Source of the DNA: Candidatus Thorarchaeota archaeon
GTDB taxonomy: Archaea; Asgardarchaeota; Thorarchaeia; Thorarchaeales; Thorarchaeaceae
NCBI GenBank assembly: GCA_011364985.1
Contig: RDOC01000001.1
Coordinates: 288,001 to 352,000, forward strand
Direction of reading: 5' to 3'
Length of the DNA: 64,000 nucleotides
Of this stretch, positions 1-9,195 are shown one piece after another; the stretch's first letter is position 1; every line of letters begins with the position of its first letter. Both the position numbers and the translations under genes were made by a program. Under the pieces are notes generated by a model. It worked only from the letters and a program-made list of their open reading frames with translations. It was not told where the DNA came from and ran no database searches.

Positions 1-1
1 A

Positions 2-262
2 TCCGGCAGAATTCAGGTTTATGGCAATGCTGGTATTCTGAATGATCTTGAGGTGGAAGAGTGGAGTGCAATTGCTAGGATTGTAAGAATTTCAGCCAAT
101 GCCTCAGTTCATTTCAGCTCCTTCACATCATCTTTCCCATATGCTTTCGAGATATATTCATCTGAATATGTATTAGAAGGCCTCAGTAATCTGTCGTATT
201 TGCCTATGTCTCAAGGCGTCCTGCTCATCTATGCAAACGACCCGACAGTATTTGGTTGGTAG
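2..262 (+). CDS. C-terminal fragment of a hypothetical protein running in from the left edge
   Basis: Frame +2 is open from base 2 (SGRIQVYGNAGILNDLEVEEWS...) to TAG at 260-262. No recognisable motif. Confidence 0.5.
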   Translation, partial: SGRIQVYGNAGILNDLEVEEWSAIARIVRISANASVHFSSFTSSFPYAFEIYSSEYVLEGLSNLSYLPMSQGVLLIYANDPTVFGW

Positions 263-547
263 GATAGATGACCACGAAAAGACAGCGTAATTGTCAATCA
301 CGAGTTTCAATCTCAAATTGAGTAGTTGCAGGTCTTGACTGTCGCATATGTCACATTTGTTAGAAACGTTGAGTCCTGCAGACATGTGCATGATGTCAGG
401 AGGATTGCCAAACTAGATAAGGAAGGGACTATTCGCCTTTCATGCGATCTACTTCGGCACAGACTGCCGGACAGAAGCTCCCGATAGATAGCATTCGATA
501 TATTCTAGAAGAGCGATTAATCTGTGTTGTGAAGAAGAAACTGAAAA

Positions 548-1693
548 GTGATTGACTTGAGCATAAGTATCTGCTTCGTATCAGGACTGCTGCCGCCAAT
601 CTCTGTTGGAGGTGTGGAAAGGTACGTCCTAAATCTTGTAGAGGAACTCCCGAATACAAAGTACAAATCGCTTATCATTAGTCATCATTATCGTGGATTA
701 GGAAAGCTTGAAAGAAAACACAATTGCCGTATCTATCGAGTTGGCTGGAACCCATTGCCATATAGTCAGGTTCGCATAATCGGTTCTATCTCCAGAGAGC
801 TTAGCAACTTAACGTCCCTTCTTGACAATGTAAAGAATCATTGGTCATTCGATATTGTTCATTCTCAATTTGGTGAGTTCAGTGATGTTGTGTATGGGAC
901 AAAGATTTGCAGAGAAAACGAGGCAAAGCATGTGGTTACCATTCATGGGAGATTCGGTACGCAATTCGAAGATATAAGAATGAATTCCAGAAGACTAGAT
1001 GTTCTCAGAAAAGCGGATTACCTAATTACGAATAGGCAGCAAACATTTCAGTACTTGTTGAAAATGGGCTTTGAGAAACTTGCTCTCCTTCGCAATCCTA
1101 TACCTGTTTCGAAATACAAACGCCCAGATCAAGAAACACCCCCAAGAGAAAGGAAGAACATCGAACTCCTTTTCTTGGGTCGCCTAAGTCTACGAAAAGG
1201 ACCATTTTTGGCAATTCAAGGATTTGCCTATGCCGCGAAGAAAGACCCCAATCTGAATCTCTGCATGGTTGGTGGTGGTGTGCTTGAAAAGCAACTAAGA
1301 GCATTTGCTGAGAAGATGGACTTGAAAGATAGGGTCCATTTTACGGGACCTCGGCTTGATATCAGACCATTTCTTTGGAAATCGGATGTGTTCCTTGCGA
1401 CATCTCCGACAGCGAACTCACCGAGCCTTTCACTTCGAGAAGCTATGGCCGCAGGTATACCTGTTATCGCGACTGATGTAGAAGAAACCGGTACTGTTGT
1501 AAGAGATGGGAAAACAGGGCTGCTAGTAAAACCCAATCCAAGGGCTCTAGGAGAGGCTATTCTTAAACTGACTGGAGATGAAAACATGATGAAACGATAT
1601 CGAATGGCTGCGGCCAAACAAGCTGAAATCGAGTTTGATCTCAACGGGTACGTTAGCGCTTTGGACAGAATCTATGATGCAATTATGGAGTAG
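548..1693 (+). CDS. GT4 (GT-B) glycosyltransferase
   Basis: N-terminal PPISVGGVERY, HVVTIHG, FLGRLSLRKG, LREAMAAGIPVIATDV. Its stop overlaps the murA GTG. Confidence 0.9.
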   Translation: MIDLSISICFVSGLLPPISVGGVERYVLNLVEELPNTKYKSLIISHHYRGLGKLERKHNCRIYRVGWNPLPYSQVRIIGSISRELSNLTSLLDNVKNHWSFDIVHSQFGEFSDVVYGTKICRENEAKHVVTIHGRFGTQFEDIRMNSRRLDVLRKADYLITNRQQTFQYLLKMGFEKLALLRNPIPVSKYKRPDQETPPRERKNIELLFLGRLSLRKGPFLAIQGFAYAAKKDPNLNLCMVGGGVLEKQLRAFAEKMDLKDRVHFTGPRLDIRPFLWKSDVFLATSPTANSPSLSLREAMAAGIPVIATDVEETGTVVRDGKTGLLVKPNPRALGEAILKLTGDENMMKRYRMAAAKQAEIEFDLNGYVSALDRIYDAIME

Positions 1694-2988
1694 TGAAGTT
1701 CCTTATGGTGAAATCTCTGAGAATTAGGGGTAAAGAGCCGCTTGATGGAAACGTAATGATTAGCGGCAGTAAGAATGCTGCAATTCCTTGCATTGCAGCA
1801 GGAATCCTCACCGATGAACCCATAATACTTCATAACGTTCCTGCAATTGAAGACATACATACTCTATGTGAAATTCTTGCAGCCATGAGTGTGAAGGTGT
1901 CATATGATGATGAGAGGACTACTCTGAGGATGCAGTGTATCAACCCTTCTTCCGATATACCTCCTTTGCTTTCCACGAAAATGAGAGGTGCCACTCTTCT
2001 TATGGGAACTCTCCTGGCCCGTTGTGGAGAGGTGATTTTCGAATCCTATGGGGGATGCCCCATTGGGGAAAGACCAATTGACTACCACCTTGATGCATTT
2101 AGGAAACTTGGAGCCAAGATAGATACGAAAGGAAACCAAATCAGAGTATCTGCGAAGAAACTCAAGGGAACACTCATTGAACTCCCATTTCCAAGTGTCG
2201 GTGCTACCGAAAATTCGATACTTGCAGCATGTTGCGCCAAAGGCATGACCACAATAGTCAACATGGCAGTTGAGCCAGAAGTCATGAATCTTATTGAGAT
2301 GCTTGGCAAAATGGGAATGCAGTACACCTTTGATGTGGCCAAATCACGAATTGATATCGAAGGAAAGACAAATCTTCAAGGCATAAGGCATTCGATAATT
2401 CCAGATAGACTTGAGGCGGGAACGTATTCTGTTGCAGCGGCAATCACCAAAAGTAGCATAACGATTCATCCTGTTGTAGAAGCTCACATCAGTCAAGTCA
2501 TTCAGGCGCTAAGGGATGCACGAGGGACTATTGAACTGGAATCCGGAATGACCATGAGAGCAGATTTCTCCGACATATGCTTAAGTCCATTCAAAATCGA
2601 AACCGGACCCTTTCCAGCCTTCCCTACTGACCTGCAACCACAGTTTACATCGCTAAGCACTCAAGCAGAAGGCAGGACTTCAATCATTGAAACGGTCTTT
2701 GAAAATCGATTTGGGCATGTTCCCGAGTTGCAGAAGATGGGAGCCAAGATCCAGATCTCTCAAAGAGAATTAACAATAGATGGACCTGTGAGTCTCAAAG
2801 GTGCACATGTAACGGCAACAGATATCCGGGGAGGAATGGCGCTGATTCTTGCCGCGCTTTGCGCAGAGGGTTCAACTACTGTCAATGGATTTGAAATCAT
2901 TGAAAGGGGTTACGACTCTCTAGAGAGCAAATTGAGCAATCTAGGAGCGAATATTGAGGTGATAGAGGACGAGGAACAACATAAGTGA
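1693..2988 (+). CDS. murA: UDP-N-acetylglucosamine 1-carboxyvinyltransferase (enolpyruvyl transferase); start may be ATG 1705
   Basis: MurA signatures intact: SGSKNAAIP, KMRGA, GGCPIGERPIDYH (catalytic Cys loop), PSVGATEN, IPDRLEAGT, FPTDLQ, FENRFGHVPEL, TDIRGG, IERGY. Confidence 0.93.
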   Translation: MKFLMVKSLRIRGKEPLDGNVMISGSKNAAIPCIAAGILTDEPIILHNVPAIEDIHTLCEILAAMSVKVSYDDERTTLRMQCINPSSDIPPLLSTKMRGATLLMGTLLARCGEVIFESYGGCPIGERPIDYHLDAFRKLGAKIDTKGNQIRVSAKKLKGTLIELPFPSVGATENSILAACCAKGMTTIVNMAVEPEVMNLIEMLGKMGMQYTFDVAKSRIDIEGKTNLQGIRHSIIPDRLEAGTYSVAAAITKSSITIHPVVEAHISQVIQALRDARGTIELESGMTMRADFSDICLSPFKIETGPFPAFPTDLQPQFTSLSTQAEGRTSIIETVFENRFGHVPELQKMGAKIQISQRELTIDGPVSLKGAHVTATDIRGGMALILAALCAEGSTTVNGFEIIERGYDSLESKLSNLGANIEVIEDEEQHK

Positions 2989-4264
2989 AGTAGTCCGAGA
3001 TAATCAATGCGTGGGGTGTGGCGCCTGCGAATTGGCGTGCCCTCATCAGGCCATAGCAATGGCAGTTGAACATAATCGAGGTGTTTACAACGCGATCGTG
3101 GATGAAACAAAATGCGTTTATTGCGGAGCTTGCATCGACGTTTGCTTTGGTGCAGCAATAGAACATCACGAACCAAAGGAATCTTTGCAGCGTCTTATTC
3201 AAAAAGGAAGAGGAATGGAAGTAGCCCGCTATGGATATGCCACAGATTCAAATCTCAGGTTTCGGGCATCATCGGGAGGGGCAGTTACAGCTCTGCTGAC
3301 TCACCTGCTCGATGAGGGGCATATTGACGCTGCAATTGTCGTGAAACTTGCGAGCACTGATCCAGCTCTTGGAGTTTCATTGATTGCCGAGTCCAAAGAA
3401 GCCATTCAAGAAGCAATGGGGTCGAAGTATTGTCCTGTGAGGATCAGCACTGCCCTAAAGCAGATGAAAACGGGAGCCAAGTATGCATTTGTTGGACTGC
3501 CTTGTCAGATATACGCAACTAGGAAACTTCAGGAGAAGGGAAGACTAAATGGCGAAATCAGTATCTATATTGGATTGTTTTGTGGAGGCACGCTTAGCTA
3601 TCATGGAACGAGGTATATTCTCAGACAGAATGATGTTGAATTCAGTAATATACAGGCAATCGGATACAGGGGATTCGGATGGCCTGGACGATTCTATGCA
3701 GAAACGAAAGATGATGTTATTTCTCTCCCATTTGTTACGTATTGGCCAAATATAGCTAGATGGTTCTATCTTGATCGTTGCCTGACATGTCTTAGTGGAC
3801 TGAACCTAAATGCGGATGTCAGTTTTGGGGACTTTTTCTCAAGGGAACATATTTCAACTGATCCTCTTGGCACATCTGTTATGTTAGTCATGTCTGGAAT
3901 TGGAGCTGAAGCTCTATCATCAACTGAGAACGCAGGTCATTTGCATCTCAAATACACAAGCATCAAGAAGGTCATTGAATCACAATCATCCATGTTTCTC
4001 AAGCATAGGAGATACCCAACAAGACTTCTGATATTGAAATTGCTCAGAATGGGAAGACCCTCAAAGGGCCGGTATGAATCAAAACTAGGTTTCAGAATTA
4101 GAGACGCTTTGGATGAGCTTCTTCTTCATTCAGGTCGAGCCCTCGCCTCTAGACCGGGACTATGGCCCTTTTTTGATGTCTTTAAGAGTCTCATGACTGT
4201 GTATAGTCGGATTGTGATGATTATTGGCAAGATTATTGTGCGAAATTCAAGTCTGAATCTCTAG
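2969..4264 (+). CDS. FrhB/FdhB-family Fe-S flavoprotein with N-terminal 2x[4Fe-4S] domain; probable ACG start at 2969 (ORF track starts at 3011)
   Basis: CVGCGACELACP and CVYCGACIDVC ferredoxin motifs; SSGGAVTALL, GSKYCP, VGLPCQ, IGLFCGG, YRGFGWPG, RCLTC, ADVSFGD. The first Cys (3008) lies upstream of GTG 3011. Confidence 0.85.
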   Translation, partial: TRNNISEVVRDNQCVGCGACELACPHQAIAMAVEHNRGVYNAIVDETKCVYCGACIDVCFGAAIEHHEPKESLQRLIQKGRGMEVARYGYATDSNLRFRASSGGAVTALLTHLLDEGHIDAAIVVKLASTDPALGVSLIAESKEAIQEAMGSKYCPVRISTALKQMKTGAKYAFVGLPCQIYATRKLQEKGRLNGEISIYIGLFCGGTLSYHGTRYILRQNDVEFSNIQAIGYRGFGWPGRFYAETKDDVISLPFVTYWPNIARWFYLDRCLTCLSGLNLNADVSFGDFFSREHISTDPLGTSVMLVMSGIGAEALSSTENAGHLHLKYTSIKKVIESQSSMFLKHRRYPTRLLILKLLRMGRPSKGRYESKLGFRIRDALDELLLHSGRALASRPGLWPFFDVFKSLMTVYSRIVMIIGKIIVRNSSLNL

Positions 4265-4317
4265 GTAGTCTTGAATAAGGATAGTTCCCTATGCCTTAGG
4301 AAATACAGGAAAGCGTT

Positions 4318-5856
4318 TTGCATGTAGAAAATACCGCCGAGGTGCAAGGTAGCTTGGATTTGTCCAACGTAATCAAGAGTGCTGTTTTCATATATATAGG
4401 AGGATTGGTCACGAATATTCTGGGTTTCGTATTCTGGCTAGTTGCATCTAGTTACGTACCCCCAGATGTTGTTGGATCGGCTTCGGCCATCATAGCCCTT
4501 CAGGCACTTCTCATGACCATAATGACCATAGGTCTTCCTACAGGATTGCGTCGCTTCGTTGGAAAAGGCGGCAGTGAAGAAAGATATGATTTGATTTCTG
4601 AATACTTCGCAACAAGTATGGGCGTTAACCTCCTTCTCAATCTGCCTGTTTCACTGATTCTGATAGCTGCACCCGCTCTTCACTATAGTGGTTATGGATT
4701 ATCTGCAATAGAACTTGCATTTGTGGGGACTCTTATTCTACTTAGTTTTTGGGCACCAACTCTAGTTTCATTGTTCGATTCATTGTTGAAAACTGAAATC
4801 ACTGCCCTAGCCCAAGTACTCTCTTCGATTGTAAAACTTCTTCTCGGGCTAATGATGCTGATTCTCGGTTATGGATTCTTGGGAGTCATGATGGCATTCA
4901 TAGCGGCATCAATTACAACTGATTCAGTATTGCTATACCACGCGCGGAACATGTTCAGAGAATTTGGATATCAACCTAGGTTTGAATCAGACCGTATAAG
5001 AGAACTAGTGGAATCTGGACTGCCTGCATGGATTCCGAATATGTTGACGATAGCAGGACAATCCGTTGCCGTTCTTGTAATCTATGGATTAGTTGGAGAG
5101 AGCCAAACGGGCCTCTATTACTTAGCTTTCGCCATGGCACAAGTTGTATACACGATACCAACAAGCATTCAGAGTCTAATGTACCCAGTTTTGAGTGGTA
5201 TGAAAAGCGGACGAGAGGATGCCATTCGCCGCACTACACGTGTTTCTCTTATAGCCACAGCGCCCATTGCATTAGCTGTCGCATTGTATTCTGAAATTCC
5301 ATTCTCCGTAATAGGACCAGCATACTCAGATGCAGGTCCTCTTCTGGCAATACTCGTAGTCGGAGCGATGTTCTGGTCAATTTATGTTGGATATTATGGA
5401 TATCTATATGCAATAAAGGAATACAGGCATGTGACTGGATTGGGACTTGTTCTTAATGGAACAAGGCTGGCTTTGTATTTCCTTCTTGCTTCGTTGTTTG
5501 GTGCCATGGGAGTCGCCTTTTCCTTCATCGGGGGAATTCTCGTTGCAATGATCGGCCTTGCGTTTTCCTCAATTAGCATTGGTTACAAACCAGATTGGAA
5601 GAAGTACTTCCTAGCAATTATTATCCCGAGTACTTCCGTCATACTTGTCTGGCATCTCAGTGTAGAATGGATACTGGGAATTCCATTCATTCTTATTTGG
5701 TCATTCATCTTGTATGGAAGACTGAAGATTATGACGAGGACAGACATCTTTGAGGTGTTCTGCGGTTTGTTCACTCCTGAGAAAGCCTTGAGTATAGCAT
5801 TGCGTCTTAGGCCAGTATCAAGAATAGTGTTTGGAAAACAGAACGTAGATGAATGA
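4318..5856 (+). CDS. Oligosaccharide flippase (MOP/PST, Wzx-like)
   Basis: About 14 hydrophobic segments; 'LGFVFWLVAS...VGSAS' and 'GLYYLAF...SLMYPVLS' fit the PST exporter pattern. Confidence 0.85.
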   Translation: MHVENTAEVQGSLDLSNVIKSAVFIYIGGLVTNILGFVFWLVASSYVPPDVVGSASAIIALQALLMTIMTIGLPTGLRRFVGKGGSEERYDLISEYFATSMGVNLLLNLPVSLILIAAPALHYSGYGLSAIELAFVGTLILLSFWAPTLVSLFDSLLKTEITALAQVLSSIVKLLLGLMMLILGYGFLGVMMAFIAASITTDSVLLYHARNMFREFGYQPRFESDRIRELVESGLPAWIPNMLTIAGQSVAVLVIYGLVGESQTGLYYLAFAMAQVVYTIPTSIQSLMYPVLSGMKSGREDAIRRTTRVSLIATAPIALAVALYSEIPFSVIGPAYSDAGPLLAILVVGAMFWSIYVGYYGYLYAIKEYRHVTGLGLVLNGTRLALYFLLASLFGAMGVAFSFIGGILVAMIGLAFSSISIGYKPDWKKYFLAIIIPSTSVILVWHLSVEWILGIPFILIWSFILYGRLKIMTRTDIFEVFCGLFTPEKALSIALRLRPVSRIVFGKQNVDE

Positions 5857-5913
5857 AATTAATCCAAATTGAACGAATTGTGAGTATAGTGCAAATCAGT
5901 CATCCGTTACAAG

Positions 5914-7044
5914 CTAGGGATTCAGGATAACAGATGAAATCACCGATTTCCATTTCCTAGCTGTGGTAGCGAAATCGAAATCTTGGCGTACGAACTTCAT
6001 CGCATGCTCGCTGACAAGTTCCAGTAATTCCGGATCCTTCAGAAGTGAGCATATTTGGTTGGCCAACCCTCTTGGAGCCGTAGATGTTATTATGAAGCCA
6101 GTATGTGCGTCAGCAATGAAATCACTTATACTCCCCACCCGAGAAGCAAGAATAGGAGTGCCACAGGCCATAGCCTCAAGAAGGACATTAGGCAATCCTT
6201 CAGTTTTGGACGGCACAACTAGAAGTTTCAATGAGTTGAGAATTGGGGCAATTTGGATATGTGGCACTCTACCTGTGAACGTCACAAATGAATCAATTCC
6301 ATGATCTAGTACTCGCTGCTTAGCTTCATCAAACAATGGGCCATCTCCAACGACAATGACTCTAATGGGTTTTCCAGAATCCAGAATCAATGAAATAGCA
6401 TCAATCAAAGGGATTACGCCTTTTTCTGAACTCAGGCGTCCGATGAATCCAATCTGGTCAAGCCGTTCAACAATACGACTTGTCCTGAAAAACACGCTGA
6501 AATCAACGAAATGCTCATGAGCTATGAGAACCTTTTTGCTGTGTCTGTTGAAAGGAGATTCTTTCATCATCTGCTTCGAGTAAAGAATGATCTTCATGCT
6601 CAGTCCAAGTACAATGTTCATGACTGCCGCAATGATTCGGGTAAACCGATCATTCTTGGATTGAGCTACTTGAACTGCATTGCCCCCAGGCATAAACGCA
6701 ATTGTATTGCCACTGAGTTTCAATGCAATCATTGGCAATAGCAGAGTTTCACCTCCAATTGTAAACAAAAACATGTCAACATGCTTGGCCAACCTCAATG
6801 CTCTAATTGTGACTCTCATTTGCATTGCCAAGTTGTTTATGATTCTTAGAAGCACATTTGATACGTTTCTGTGTCTAATTGCTGTTGCGTGAAGATTCGG
6901 AAACTGACCTAAATTTCCTATATCAAGTCCAGGAATTAGTACATGTACTGTGTTTGCAATACTAGAGAGAAGTCTAATGATGTTTGCAATTGGAGTAAGT
7001 CCAGGACTTAGTCCGACAACACATATCCGGGGTCTCCCTTTCAT
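5914..7044 (-). CDS. GT4 glycosyltransferase
   Basis: FIGRLSSEKG, PSKTEGLPNVLLEAMACGTP. Confidence 0.9.
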   Translation of the reverse strand: MKGRPRICVVGLSPGLTPIANIIRLLSSIANTVHVLIPGLDIGNLGQFPNLHATAIRHRNVSNVLLRIINNLAMQMRVTIRALRLAKHVDMFLFTIGGETLLLPMIALKLSGNTIAFMPGGNAVQVAQSKNDRFTRIIAAVMNIVLGLSMKIILYSKQMMKESPFNRHSKKVLIAHEHFVDFSVFFRTSRIVERLDQIGFIGRLSSEKGVIPLIDAISLILDSGKPIRVIVVGDGPLFDEAKQRVLDHGIDSFVTFTGRVPHIQIAPILNSLKLLVVPSKTEGLPNVLLEAMACGTPILASRVGSISDFIADAHTGFIITSTAPRGLANQICSLLKDPELLELVSEHAMKFVRQDFDFATTARKWKSVISSVILNP

Positions 7045-7546
7045 AGGTCTACCTCTTTTCAGAACACCGTCAAAGGTATGTCTGATGCAGTTTCATTTGC
7101 CTTACATATACTTATAGATAGACTTGATTCATTCATTTCTTATTCCTCAGTTTGGGGACCTTCTAGACATTCGGTTCTTGTACTCTGAACGCAGTGAAAC
7201 CAAAACGAATCAAGAATGGCTGTTGTTACCTTTCTCAATTCAAGAAGCAAGTGTGACTAGTAAGCCCTTTTCATGCGATTGTGTAAAGACCAACTTATTT
7301 CAGATTATGCGCCGTCCAGCCAGTCCATCCAAATATTCACCTCAACTATTCCCGAAGTTAGATTCAGTAATTCATTCTTGTGAATTCTTCTTCGGTTATA
7401 GGGAGAAGAAACGGCTGATCTGTGGGAGCGACCATGAGGACGCCGAGATTCAAAAGAAAGTGGTTTTCTATAATTCATCCACACATACTTTAGAAGATAA
7501 TACGATGGCTAAACACAGACTCCATCCCATGTTATATTCATTAACT

Positions 7547-8884
7547 TCAAGATAACTTAGAGATTATGAACTTCAGCTTCCCTCCCTGACTGGGAATGTC
7601 TTCGGTTGCTTCCATTAGAACAGGAACTTGTTGCTGCGTTTTCTCCAGCAGGATGTTTCTGACTTTTCCTATTGCGCCACGATAGTCTCTATAAGATTTA
7701 TTGGGAACAAAACGAAGAACGATCGAGTAGTCTGCATTTTGAATGAATTGAAACATTTTTACAGCTTCCGGACAAGCATCGAAGATGGTGGTGAGGAAAT
7801 CGCCACTCAATACGGTACCATTTGGAAGTCGTATCATATCTGACTCACGCCCTCTAACATGGTCCATAAGTGGAAAAGGAAGACCACATGGACACTGCCC
7901 TTCAATTAACCGACCGCGGTCCTCGTTCAGATATCGGATTATCGGGAATGCATAGTTCTCTAAATCTGTTACAACAATATCTCCGAACTCTCCCTCTGCA
8001 CATATCTCCCCATTCTTCACGAATTCGATATGGCGTATATCAGATTCTATGTGAAGACCAGTATGTTGGTTGCATTCAGCGGCAAGCCAGTAGACTTCTC
8101 CGCAACCGTATTGATCATAGACCGGAGCATTGAAGACTTTTTCAACAAGGTTTCGTTGAACCTCACTTATAGGAGAAGAGGTTAACCATACAGCTTTGGG
8201 CGGTGGAAGTTCTATGCAGTGATCATCCACGTACTCGGCCAGATGACATATGGCTCCAACGTAACCTTGTAATAGTCGAGGCTTGATGCATTTGTATTTT
8301 CTTATGAAACATCGTATGGAACTCTCTGTCATTGAAGCCGCGTCAAGTAGTACTCTTTTTGTCGGCCACCAGAATGCACAATACGCTAGGTCTTGAAATC
8401 TGGATTGGCGAACATCCCTGAAAACAAAAGCACCGTCATCCCAGGGTGCCAAATCCCATCTTGCCAAGAGCCTCCATCCAATTGCATGCAAAGGAACTCT
8501 TCTGTCGTGATATACTCTGAGTGGTATGCCGGTAGATCCACCAGTAGTCGACACTTGGAAATATCGCTTGTCCACTTCCATAGCCATGATATCGGCCAAG
8601 TTCTCTCGAATATCGTTCTTCGTGAGGAAAGGTATTTTCAGGAAATCATCAGGCGTTTTTACGTCATCTGGAATTATGCCTGCAGCCTTGAATTTCCTTC
8701 TATAGAAAGGGACTGATTTGTATGCATAACGGAGCAGTTTCTTTCGCTTTCGCCAGTTCAATTCTGCTAGTTCTCTTGAACTAAGACATTGGTTTCTTAT
8801 CAGGCGTTCATAGTACGCTGAGGAGTTGGTGTTCAGAAGAAAGAATTTTGAGTAGAAGTACGAACTCGTGAGTGAACGAAACAA
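7547..8884 (-). CDS. CapK / phenylacetate-CoA ligase / F390 synthetase-like adenylate-forming enzyme (probable TTG start 8884 after AGGAG; ORF extends to 8974)
   Basis: AYKSVPFYRRK, P-loop TTGGSTGIP, YDQYGCGE, TDLENYAFPIIRY, GRESD, GGKLKFI. Confidence 0.85.
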   Translation of the reverse strand: MFRSLTSSYFYSKFFLLNTNSSAYYERLIRNQCLSSRELAELNWRKRKKLLRYAYKSVPFYRRKFKAAGIIPDDVKTPDDFLKIPFLTKNDIRENLADIMAMEVDKRYFQVSTTGGSTGIPLRVYHDRRVPLHAIGWRLLARWDLAPWDDGAFVFRDVRQSRFQDLAYCAFWWPTKRVLLDAASMTESSIRCFIRKYKCIKPRLLQGYVGAICHLAEYVDDHCIELPPPKAVWLTSSPISEVQRNLVEKVFNAPVYDQYGCGEVYWLAAECNQHTGLHIESDIRHIEFVKNGEICAEGEFGDIVVTDLENYAFPIIRYLNEDRGRLIEGQCPCGLPFPLMDHVRGRESDMIRLPNGTVLSGDFLTTIFDACPEAVKMFQFIQNADYSIVLRFVPNKSYRDYRGAIGKVRNILLEKTQQQVPVLMEATEDIPSQGGKLKFIISKLS

Positions 8885-9195
8885 TCGATACTTGGCTCCT
8901 TTTAGGTCTTGATTCCATTCTAATGAGCAATATAAATGATAATAGCACTGCTGCAAACAGAGGCATGTTTTCAAGAAACAATATCCAAGTAATGACTCAT
9001 TTCATAGCTGCCAGCATCATCAATTGCCATTTCCGAACCAGTTCAAGGAGGACCGTGATATACCAATAGTAGGACAAGGCGAACATACAAGATGCCATTA
9101 TCACAGTATTAGGTGGAGTAATACTAAACCCAAACTATGGTGCGATGTTGTGGACTAGGGAATCCCACATTGGATTTCGGAATATTCCAAGAACC

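Noticed and set aside
1693-2988. Interpretation as AroA (EPSP synthase), or as evidence of peptidoglycan
   Set aside because: The motifs are MurA-specific (GGCxIGxRP, FPTD), and no other mur/mra/PBP genes are present in the window.
7124-7555. 143-aa plus-strand ORF in the spacer between the GT4 and capK-like genes
   Set aside because: No motif, atypical composition, and opposite orientation to both neighbours; not supportable as a gene.
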